A stretch of DNA of 63,567 nucleotides, filler included, from Rhizaria sp. SCN 62-66 (lineage: Eukaryota), in assembly GCA_001724265.1 (NCBI GenBank). It is 3 parts of 3 records of this genome, joined end to end, with 100 filler letters (N's around TTAATTAATTAA, not from the genome) between each part and the next. Parts side by side here need not be neighbours in the genome. Positions count along the whole stretch, not along the records: positions 1 to 23,920 come from MEDY01000424.1; 2 more parts are not named here. The stretch is one strand, 5' to 3'. Below the pieces are notes generated by a model. That model did no database searches. It worked only from the letters and a program-made list of their open reading frames with translations, and had not been told where the DNA came from. How positions within the stretch are numbered: the first letter of the stretch is position 1; every line of letters starts with the position of its first letter. The translations under genes were made by a program, and so were the position numbers. Below are positions 10,601-20,839 of this stretch, in pieces.

Positions 10601-13600
10601 GTACCCCGCTCCGGACGGGCCTGCTGAGTCAGCATTCGGCAACCCATTCACGTCTCCTCCGTTCAGCGCTTACACCAACGTCCCCTTGGCCGCGCACCTC
10701 CTTACATCTAGCAACTCAGCCTCGTCTAAGTACCCCCTTAGCGGCAGTAGTGCCAGTGTCAGCGATGGCACCAAGGCGCTCGCACTCACCCTCGGCCTCG
10801 ACCCATCTCTAAGTACCTCGCCTCTAAGTACTTCTTCTGGCAAGAACGCAAGCGGGGTATTAGCGCTGGCGCGCACCCAGGGCCAACAGCTGATCGAAGA
10901 CGTTGCTTTGTATCTTACTCTGCTCTCTGCGCACTTGCTCACGCCACAACAGGCATCGCGCGTACTGGCGCTGCGTCTGTTTAACCCGTTGGCGTGGGCT
11001 GCGGGCGCGTGGCGCGGGGCGGACGCGAAAGTCAAGTGGATGCTGTGTGACCCACTCGATCTCAGTGGCGACGCCGGCACACGTGATGGAGATGACGATG
11101 ATGATGCGGGATTCGAGAGCTACTTAGAGGATGTAAGGGCCCGCGTCGTGCTGCGCGCACTGACCGTGGGTGACGGCGCGACGCACACCGCGATGCCACT
11201 TACACGCTACCTGCGGTACTTACATCTCGAGCAACAGCAGGGCGAGCAACAGAAGCGCGACAACAAGTTTCCGTCTCCGTCTCAGTCTGAGGCTGATGCT
11301 GAGGTTGAGGTTGAGTCGACGGCTGAAGCTGCGTGGTGTAAAGGCACTGTACTGTGGAACCCCCCTGTAGTCTCCATCGCCGGCTCCGGCGCTGCCACTG
11401 CGCCCCGTGCAAGTACCTCCTTAGACCGCGCCGTGCTTGAGTTCGAGCCCGCTGCAGTCGCGGCGGCGCCGGGGGCGACGCTGTCTGCATTGGACACTGT
11501 TTTCGGTCCCTCTGGTGTGAACCGCGCGAACAAGATCACGCTTAACTCAGTGGCACCCGTCGCTAAGACATCTAATGAAGTTGCGAATGATAAGAGCATC
11601 AACAGCAAGAACAACAAGAACAACGACAACAAAAACAAGATCACGGGCAAGACTGATGCTGGTGGTAATGTTGTAAGTGTCAGTGTCGTGCTCAAGTCTC
11701 GCCCTGTGCTGCCTATGCCTGGCGACCACGGGGCTCTAAGTGCCCCCTTAAACGCGTCTAAGTGCGACCCGTTCACCAGCGACGACGAAGACGTCAACAG
11801 TCATCACCTTGCGACCACCAACGCTTCAACGCACACTGGGAGCACGGCCGAGAAGCTTGCGAAGATTGGCTACCGGATCGTTGACGACAAGCTCTCCGTG
11901 GAGGCCGCTCAGAGGGCGTTGTGTCGGATTGCTAGCGATTCCGACGACGACAGCGACGACGACGACGACGATGATGATGATGAGGATTATGATGAGGATG
12001 ACGACAGTGATTACGATTCCGATAGCCGGTATAAGGGCTCTAAGCGCCGCGATGACGAAACAGCTGCGCTGCGCATCACGTCTGCCTGCAGTCTATTCAA
12101 CTCGTGCTATAGCAGCGCTGGTAAATTGAGTAGCAAGCGTGCTTTGAGCATCAACGTCAACACAACGGCAAACATCGGATTCGTCGATAATCCTTGCACA
12201 TGGGCATCTGTGAACGAGCGTAACTCGGATGCTCATCGTCGCTACGTCTCCGCCATCACCGGTTCTACCCGCGGCTTAACTTCTGAATCGAAGAAAAGCC
12301 CCAGTGTTGTGTCTGTCATGTCGTGGCAGTTACCGCCTCCGCTCCCGGCCTACGTCGCGCCGTGGGCCCGTCCTGTCGCCGCGTTGGCTGTACCCCGGCG
12401 CTTCACCCCATCCGCGTACCGCCGTGGTGGCAGCGGCTGGGGGGTGTCGGCGGCGAAGAAAGTCAAGCCGCTTGGACTCGATTCCAATGCCAAAAATAGC
12501 ATGCTGTATTTCACCAACGCTCTGCCTGTCAACAACTACAAAATCAACAACAAGAACAATAAGAAATGCACTGCTTCTGCGTCTCCTGCTGCGGCTGCTG
12601 CGGCGGCTGCTGCTGGCGTTCGCGCGGCGTGCATTGCAGTGCCACAGTCCTCGTACCCCTTAGTGCACCGCAGCACTTACCCGTGCCCCGCCCCTTATAT
12701 CTCCCCCTTCGCGCTCACGGTCGCACGCCGCGGCCACTGGATTGCCCGCGCCTTCGCCCGCCGCAGCACCGCGGCCGCGGCCTCCGTGCTCCGCGGTGCC
12801 GGCTCCGGCGGCGACAGCGCTGTCGGCGGCGCCCGTGTCCGCACCCGCGCGCGGCGGTGGAGCGAGCGCCGCCCGTGGGTGCGCGTGCCAGTCGCAGGAC
12901 CCGTGGGGCTGGGCACTGAAGGCGTGTCACCGTACTGGGGCGAGACGGGCGCGTGGGTCGACAGGCTTGGGGGACTTAGCCGGGAGTCTAAGGGGGTCCT
13001 TCCGCCGGTGGCCAACACGGCGTTGAGTGTCATTGCTAACGGTGTCCTGACAACCGACGAGTCGTCGTCGTCTGCGGCCTCGACGTCAACTGCGACGACC
13101 GTCGTGGAAGACCGTGACTACTGCGGCGGCTTGATTTTAAGTGAAGCCGCGCAGGCCGCTCGCCGCGCGCACCGTTCGCGCGCGATGCTCTTTTCCCGCT
13201 GGCTTCATATCAACGGATTTCACAACAAAAGCAACGACAACCCTCACAGCAAGGCCTTGTCAGACAGCGGCGATGTCGACGGCGACGACAGCATGGATGA
13301 TGACGGTGAACCGGTGGATCACGGGAAGCCGCCGTCGTGGGTCCAAGACGAGAGTGACGGTGACGACGACGGCAACAACGACGAAGAAGAGGATGAGGAT
13401 GAGGATGAGGACGAAAACGATGGCGGCGGAGATCACGCCCACAAGGTAAGTTACGACGACGACGAGTCTGCTGAGCGTAAATGCGCTGGTGGTGAAGACG
13501 CGGCTTACTTTCCCGCCCCGTCAAGTCTGGCCGCATCCGTCCTCTACGGAAACGCCGCCCACAACGCTACCAACAACAGCAGCAACAACAACAAGAACAG

Positions 13601-14802
13601 CAACAAATCCTCTCTGGGGGGCGACCGTGGTTCTGCGCTGAAGTTAAGCCGCGCCGCACGTGTGCGGCACGTCGCACAGTCGCTTCGCGCTGAGGAAGAG
13701 CTGGGTGACTGTGGACGTGCTGCTCTGTGGTACCGCGAGTCACTGCACTGGACCGGTGGGCTGCTGTGGCCCAACGCAAATACTGAAACGAGCGCTCGCA
13801 CTGACATCAAGAACAACAGCGCTCACAGCAAGAACAACAGCTGCAGCAGTTGTGGTGGCTGTGTGAACGCGGGCGTAATTGAGGTGGATACGGAGATGGG
13901 CGTGAAAGTTGCGCATAGTAATAAGCAGCGTCAGCGTCGTCCTATTCCTAACGACGACGATGACGATGACGATGACGACGAGGACGATGAGTTTGATGAT
14001 GACGACGATGATGACAGTAGTGGCACATATTACGACAACGATGATGACGACGACGATGACGATGATAGTGAAGATGACTGCGGCTACGACAGCGACCGGG
14101 GGAAACGCCGGGGGTCTAAGTCCAGCGACGACGACGATGATGATTCTATGGACGGATACGATGAGTATGGCTTTCCTCTTGACCTGAGCGCCGATAACGA
14201 GCAAGATGAAGACGAGGACGAGGACGACGGCTTTATCAGCGGCTACCGCGGCAGTGGCATTAACAGTGATTCTGAGGACGTACGTCTTGCACTAAATTCA
14301 CGGTCTACCGCGCAGATACCGCGCAGATTACTCACAATCTCGACATTCATTATTATTTAACTGTTATTTTAAATGAATTCACGTATATATTTTTTTATTT
14401 TAACCTAACAGATCACTAACCCCGCTTTATATTCCTTCTTAACTATCCCTTCTAACGTGTTGTTTGACTTCTCTTTGTCTGCAGGAAGCTATGGCGGAGC
14501 TTATAGCGGCCGCAGAGTCCGGAGACCCCGATGCCATTCACATTCTCGGCGAAATCATGGCTGATTTCGGCACAGGCACAGGCACCCCAAGCCGCCCTCG
14601 CCGCGGTGGCCGTGGTGGCCGTGATGGCCGTGGTGGCCGTGATGGCCGTGGCGGCCGCGGTGGTCGCGGTGGCCGCGGCGGCGGTAATCGCGGCGGTAAC
14701 GGGGGCGGTACCCGTGGTGGCAGCAGGGGTGGCCGTGGAGGCGGCGTCGGTGGCCGTGGTCGCGGTGGTCGCGGTGGCGGCCGTGGGGGGGCACGGAACT
14801 AA
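7670..14802 (+). CDS. Large (~2200 aa) low-complexity protein with acidic tracts and a C-terminal RGG box; 4 exons
   Basis: Exons 7670-9149, 9300-9480, 9650-14279 and 14485-14802 join in frame through GTACG..AG introns. The last exon is RGG/GRGG-rich and ends in TAA. Confidence 0.7.
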
Positions 14803-15123
14803 GTGCGATGTGTCTAAGAACAATCTAAGTACGACAACTTTAATTACAAGAATATTTGTGTCATGATAGCAAAGATTATGATGAATGAGTAACGAAGAAG
14901 AACATCAATAAATCAATATATTTAGCAAATGATTTTTCAAAGTATCTTTTTGTATTCTTATGAAGTACATCTCGACTTCTCTAAACAAGTGGTAGCAACA
15001 ACTACGACAAATGAACAAACAAATTACGACTGAATTAACTAACACATATGAACAAACAAGAAGCAAAACAAAAGCTCACAACTAACGCGCGACAAAGCCT
15101 CAATCACCTTTCGTTATCGAAAC

Positions 15124-16270
15124 TTACGCGGCGGCAGCCTCAGCGTCGTCATCGTTGTTGTTGCTGCCAGCAGCAGCGGCGGCAGTGGCGTCGGCGTCAA
15201 TATCGCCTTCCTCCTCGGCCTTGCGCGCGGCCTCCGCCGCCGCGGCCTCGCTCTCGGGCGAGAAAACCAGCTTCGCGTGCTCCTGCTGCGGCTTAACATA
15301 CCGCACGATCCGTCCAGAGCGCACGTCGGCGACGAAGGGCTTGTGCTTCTCCTGGAGCGAGTCTGAGTAGTAGCTCCACTGGCCGTCGGGGCAGGCGCCG
15401 TTGACCCACTGCCCGGTGAACTGCGTCTTGCTGGCAAGGTAGAGATACGTGCCGTGGCCCGAGCGGACGTCGCTGTCCCAGTTGCCGCAGTACTTGTCGC
15501 CGTTGGGGTAGGTGTAGACGCCGTGGCCAGAACGCTTGTTCTTCTTCCAGAGACCGACGTAGACGGAACGGTCCGGGTACCGCATCGTGCCCTTGCCTTC
15601 GCGGCGGCCGTCAACGTAGGAGCCCGTGTAGGTGGCGCCGGTCGCTTCCCAGGTGTACGTGCCCTGGGGTCGGGGGAAAGTAGAAACAGAAGCAGAAGCA
15701 GAAGTAGTAGCAGCGCAGAGATAGAGAAGAGAAAAGGAAACGGATAAAGAATTAGCGATGGAAAATAGAAGAACAAGGTGAAGGCGCAGAGCAGCAAATT
15801 TCAGTTTGGAAATAGATAGATAGCATATCTAACTCATTGTGAGGTGCTGATTTGAGCAGGCTGGATTAATGTCCGCCTAGAGTCGAAAAGATAGATGTGA
15901 CAACGTACCTGGCCGTGGCGCTTGCGGTTCTTGTACTCGCCATCGTAGGTGTCGCCGTTGGGGAACGTGGCAAAAGCCTTGCCGTCCTTGGTGACATAAG
16001 AACGCTTCTCGGACTCGTTCAGGTACTGGATCTCATAGGGCTGTCGTTGGAGCGGAGAAAAACAAAGGTAAGCAAATGATGTGAGGTGAGAGCGTTGGTG
16101 GGGAGGCCTCAGAAGGGAGGGTATAGCAAGATGAGAATAAAGTGGAATGAAGTGCGAATAGGGTCAGAAGATAAAACAAGAAGTGTTTTGTTTTGAATAT
16201 GGGTGAAACGTACCTCCTGCTCGTCGTAGTCGTAGTCGTCGGCGTTGTTGTTGTTCTTGTGCGAGGCCAT
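15124..16270 (-). CDS. MORN-repeat protein (radial spoke head 1-like); 3 exons
   Basis: Exons 16270-16214, 16040-15909 and 15663-15124. Repeated YxGxW/YxxxxRxGxGxYxYxNGD MORN motifs and an acidic tail. Ends in TAA. Confidence 0.85.
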
Positions 16271-16776
16271 GATGGGGCAGCGGTTAGATCACCAGCAATT
16301 CGAGCGGGGAGGGCCGTAGACGCGAGTTTGTGGGGTACTAAAAAGAGTCTTTGGAATAAATCCGTGCGTATAACGCAGAATTGTGCTAAGGGCTGCAACT
16401 TGCGATCAGAACAATGCGAACCAGGCCGTTTTTTGTGAGCCCGAAAAAACGGCTGCAGCCACCGGCACGCCGACCAGCGGTGGCGGCTCGGCCAAGACTC
16501 GCTCGAGTCACCTTTCGTGTGCTGCGTCAGACTCGCTGTGGTGAGATAAAACAAATGTCAATGTGGATTCTGCTGTACTATTTCGGTCAAACATGATAGT
16601 GTGCATGTTATTTATTTGTTCGGATACCTCGGGACTCACTCTATCTGCTTGTATCTACTCTATCATACCGCTCCTTTTCCCGCCTGCAGACTTCACCTTC
16701 TCGCCTTTCCCTAACGCGCTCTCTAGCCTCTGATTCTTCGCAACCACATCGCAGCCCTGCTCCAGTCTGGCCAACG

Positions 16777-19700
16777 ATGAGCTCTAAGCGCAAGAACAAG
16801 AACAAGGCCTCCGCGGCCGTGTCTCGCGACTCTGATGCTCCTTCTGAGTCCGAGATACTCCCTTCCGCGTCCGCTGCTACTGCTGACATGCCCGACAACT
16901 CGGATACAACTGCCGCCGTCTCTGACGCCCCCGCTGCAATCAGGCCGGCCGTCGACGTCGCCCTTGTTCCTGCCTCTACGCTGCCTTCCGACGCCCCCGT
17001 CGCCGCCGCTGCGGCTTCTGCAGCCTCTGACAGCAGCGCGAGTGCGAGCATCACTCTGCCCGCTGAGCCCACTCCTACGAGCGGCAACCACCACCACCAC
17101 CGCAACAGCACGACCACCGAGGACGACGACGACGATGACAGCAGCCACAATGCTGTGCGCGCGCGCAACGGTAGCGGCGCTGGCAGCAACGAACGCGTTG
17201 CCGGTGCCCGCAAAGACTCGATCCCTTTGCTCCCTGCTTCCCCCCCTCGTCCTTCCAACAACGGCCACAGCGCGAACAACGCCGTCAACGCCAGCGCAGG
17301 CGCCACGAACATTGCATCTGTGAACGCGGCGGGCCTCGCCGCGCTTTCAATTAATACCAGCGCCTCGAGCGCTGCGACAACCGCTAACTCTACCATGAAC
17401 GCCACTGCGACCGCTAGCGCCAGTGCGAGCTCGAGCGTGTACAAGGGGGGCTTCATTGCGCCCCCGCGTGCTCTCGTCGCCGTGTTGGATTCCGCCAAGT
17501 CCATCCCGCGCCGCTCCCCTGCGCTACAGCTCGCCACTCTGACACCACGCGGCCTGACTTTCGCACCTGATCCCACCACTACGACGAATAACAACGCCAA
17601 CGCGGCTGCTCAGGCGTCGTGCCACCCGGGTATTGCGCTGGCCCATCTTATCGGTGCTGATCTCTCACAGTACCCCGCTGCGAACGGCAACAGCACGAGT
17701 CCCACGGGTTCCAACAGTGACTGTGCGCGGACGTGTGAGGACGACGACAGTGGGCGAGGCGGCTTAACCTTAGCCGACCGTGCCGTGCGCTGCCCGATCC
17801 CCCTCGCTGCATTCACGAACCCTGCAGTGCTATACAGTGTGTCGACTGCGACTACCGCCAATACCGCTGCCCCCGCCACTGCGGCTTCGACTGCCGCTGC
17901 CACTGCCACTGCGGGCACGAGTACTTGCATTGCTCCAGAGATTAGCGCTCTGCTGGGCGTCGGCGATGTAAGTACCTCGCAGTCGCAGACCAAGTGGGTC
18001 GCGCTCACGCTGCACGTGTATGCGCCCTCAAACGCCTCGTTGGCGCCGCCGCCGATGCCAGTCAGTCATCACAGTAACAACAACAGGGTGTCTGCTGGAC
18101 CGAGTGCTCTTTCGATGAACCCTGCTGCTGTTGCTGCTGTTGTGACCGAGACGTCGCCTCTGGCGAGCACAGGCGCGAGCTCCACTGCAGCCGCTGCTAA
18201 CATCACCGATGGCAACAGCGGCGCACTCCCCAAGTCCAACAGCAACACCAGCTACGGCACGACTGACGCGAGCGGTGCGTACGTTGCGCACAGCTCTGAG
18301 CAGAGCGCGCCTCTGGAGGGCGAGTCCGAGGACGACATCGCGCTGGCGCTGCTGAACCACGGCGAGACGCGTTTCCGCGACCGTAAGCACCGTCCTATCG
18401 TGCTTTTGTTCCAAGACACCGCACTCGCGTTCTTGTACCTCCACTCTCTGCGCTCGCTCCTGCATTGGCACAAGGCGCCCTTAGACAACGCCAGTCTAAG
18501 CACCTCTCAGAGAGCAACGTTCGTGCCTGGCTTGCTGCCGCGCCGCCACTTGCTCTTCGTCAACCCCGCCGGTGGCTCCGGCCGCGCTCTGACCATCCTC
18601 GCCTCCGTGCAGCCGCTTCTGCGCCACTCAAGCCACCTTTTTTCGGTTCACGTCACAACGAGCGCGGGCGACGCCGAGCACCGCGTCGCCGATCCGCAGC
18701 GCACGCCTCTGCGCGCCTTCGATGTTATCGCCGCAGTCTCCGGCGACGGGCTGCTGAGCGAGATCGTCAACGGTGTCATGGCGCGCCCCGACTGGGAGGA
18801 GTTTTTAGGAACCGTGACGTTCGCGCACGTCCCCGCTGGGTCGGGCAACGGACTCGCCGCGTCGGTTGCGCACCGGTCCCGCGAAGCGATCGGCCCGCTG
18901 CCGGCCGCGTTTCTGCTGTGTAAGGGCGCGGCGCGCGCCGTGGACCTGTTCACAGTGCAACAACCGCAGGAGCCGATGCGGTGCGGCTTTCTTTCCGTGT
19001 CCTGGGGCATGGTGTCTGACGCCGACTTCGAGTCTGAGCAGTGGCGGTGCTGTGGCGGGGCGCGTTTCACCGTCTCTGCGCTCGCCCGTATTCTCTGCCT
19101 GCGCAAGTATGAAGCGGTGGTGCAGTTCTTGCCCGCCAACGATGTCACCACGAATGACGGCATCGTGACGCTGGTGCCGGCGCATCCCGACGAAGCTGTC
19201 GAGGGCGGCCTAACTTCAATCGTGGAGGGCGGCTTGACTTTGGACGCAGGCGCCGAGTCGGGGCTGGTGTCGCCGAAGCCGGCGCACGCGACTGCGGTCA
19301 AGTACGGGCCGAGCAAGCGTGGCCATAATAAGGACGCGAGGGGCGAAAGCGTGTCGATGTCGCTCTCCCGCTATAATAGCAGCGGCAAAGATGCGGGCGC
19401 CACTGGCAAGGCTGCGAACGGCAGTCGTTTGGTTCCGATCAGCGGCCGCCGTCAGATGAGCGACGACAACGACGACGATGATGGAGAGGACGCTAACGGG
19501 CGTCATTACCAGCAGCAGCAGCAGCAGCAGCAGCTTGCGAGTCAGCTGCAGTCCGAGGCTGAACACAACCTGACGCAGGCGCAACAGCGGAATAAGATGC
19601 TGCTGTCGTCTGAGCGCAACGCACTGGCGCGTTTCTTGGCCTCGACCAAGAAGTTCACCTCCGCACAGCAACTACTCACAACGACAACGAACGCGAATGG

Positions 19701-20391
19701 TGCTGCGAGCTCTCACACTGCCGCAGACGCCAGTGTTGTCGCAGACACAAGTCTGTTTTCTGGCATCACGAACATCTACAACTCATTCTTCGTCTCTAAC
19801 TCGACCGCGAACTCCTCAAGCAGTCTAAGTACCCCTGCGAAGCCGGATGTAAGTGCGTCCTCGGAGCACTGGGTGAGCATGCACGAGAACGACTTCACCC
19901 TGCTGTGGGGTATGAACGTCTCGCACGCGGCGTCAGACATCCACGCAGGCCCTTACACGGACCTAGGCGACGGGTACTTAGACCTCATGTTCACGCGTGA
20001 CGTCTCGTGCTGCTCGCTTCTGTCGCTGATGCTGTCGATGGAAGACGGCACGCACTTGGACACCAACGCTGCTGATCACAGCAACAACAACAACAATAAT
20101 CATAACAACAATGGCAACAACGCTGCCGGAGTCAGGCCGGGCCCCGGCATCGCCAGCGCGAGCGCCGCTGTGGGCCGCGGAGGCATGGGTTCCATCGCAG
20201 GTTCCTCCCCTGACGACGGCGTCGTGCGTGGACACTCGCAGGACATCCAGTCACTCAAAGTTAAGGCGCTGCGGCTCGACCCCACTCTTGCGTACCGCGA
20301 GTGCGTGGTTGCGCTTGACGGCGAGCGGCTGCCGATGAAGCCACTGGAAGTGCGGGTGTGGCGCAAGGTGCTCAACGTCATCTGCATGTAA
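16777..20391 (+). CDS. SPHK: Sphingosine kinase (DAG-kinase catalytic family) with long low-complexity insertions
   Basis: Motifs LLFVNPAGGSG, SGDGLLSEIVNG, PAGSGNGLA, DADFESE.WR..GGARF and LDGE. Single exon ending in TAA. Confidence 0.92.
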   Translation: MSSKRKNKNKASAAVSRDSDAPSESEILPSASAATADMPDNSDTTAAVSDAPAAIRPAVDVALVPASTLPSDAPVAAAAASAASDSSASASITLPAEPTPTSGNHHHHRNSTTTEDDDDDDSSHNAVRARNGSGAGSNERVAGARKDSIPLLPASPPRPSNNGHSANNAVNASAGATNIASVNAAGLAALSINTSASSAATTANSTMNATATASASASSSVYKGGFIAPPRALVAVLDSAKSIPRRSPALQLATLTPRGLTFAPDPTTTTNNNANAAAQASCHPGIALAHLIGADLSQYPAANGNSTSPTGSNSDCARTCEDDDSGRGGLTLADRAVRCPIPLAAFTNPAVLYSVSTATTANTAAPATAASTAAATATAGTSTCIAPEISALLGVGDVSTSQSQTKWVALTLHVYAPSNASLAPPPMPVSHHSNNNRVSAGPSALSMNPAAVAAVVTETSPLASTGASSTAAAANITDGNSGALPKSNSNTSYGTTDASGAYVAHSSEQSAPLEGESEDDIALALLNHGETRFRDRKHRPIVLLFQDTALAFLYLHSLRSLLHWHKAPLDNASLSTSQRATFVPGLLPRRHLLFVNPAGGSGRALTILASVQPLLRHSSHLFSVHVTTSAGDAEHRVADPQRTPLRAFDVIAAVSGDGLLSEIVNGVMARPDWEEFLGTVTFAHVPAGSGNGLAASVAHRSREAIGPLPAAFLLCKGAARAVDLFTVQQPQEPMRCGFLSVSWGMVSDADFESEQWRCCGGARFTVSALARILCLRKYEAVVQFLPANDVTTNDGIVTLVPAHPDEAVEGGLTSIVEGGLTLDAGAESGLVSPKPAHATAVKYGPSKRGHNKDARGESVSMSLSRYNSSGKDAGATGKAANGSRLVPISGRRQMSDDNDDDDGEDANGRHYQQQQQQQQLASQLQSEAEHNLTQAQQRNKMLLSSERNALARFLASTKKFTSAQQLLTTTTNANGAASSHTAADASVVADTSLFSGITNIYNSFFVSNSTANSSSSLSTPAKPDVSASSEHWVSMHENDFTLLWGMNVSHAASDIHAGPYTDLGDGYLDLMFTRDVSCCSLLSLMLSMEDGTHLDTNAADHSNNNNNNHNNNGNNAAGVRPGPGIASASAAVGRGGMGSIAGSSPDDGVVRGHSQDIQSLKVKALRLDPTLAYRECVVALDGERLPMKPLEVRVWRKVLNVICM

Positions 20392-20839
20392 GAGTTTTAT
20401 GATCTGTAGTTCTCAACGTGGGCTAGTGCTTAACAGTCTGGAATGTATTTTTAGTGCTTTTTGTTTATTTGCTTTTGTCCGATCGATATTCGAATGCTTG
20501 GATGGGATTTGAATAAAGGGAATAAACTGAATTTAGAACACCTGAATCAACGGCCGCTTCAGTGATATCTGTTGAATTGTGACAGTTAGGTCAATACAGG
20601 AGGTACACCTGTTACTAGTTCATCAGTTCTGATACGTCCAGATGTGAACAGCATTCAGAATTCTGCCTCTATTCGTAAACTCGGTGATAACCGGGCCCGG
20701 GAAGCCAAGAGCATGAATGACGTTATGACTATTCCCTGAAGTCAACAACCGCGATGGCTCTTTGCGATAAGACTGCGGTAGTCGTTCGGGCGGTGTCATT
20801 TATTGAGCTGTCAGCGTGTCGTGTGCACCGCAGTTCGCA

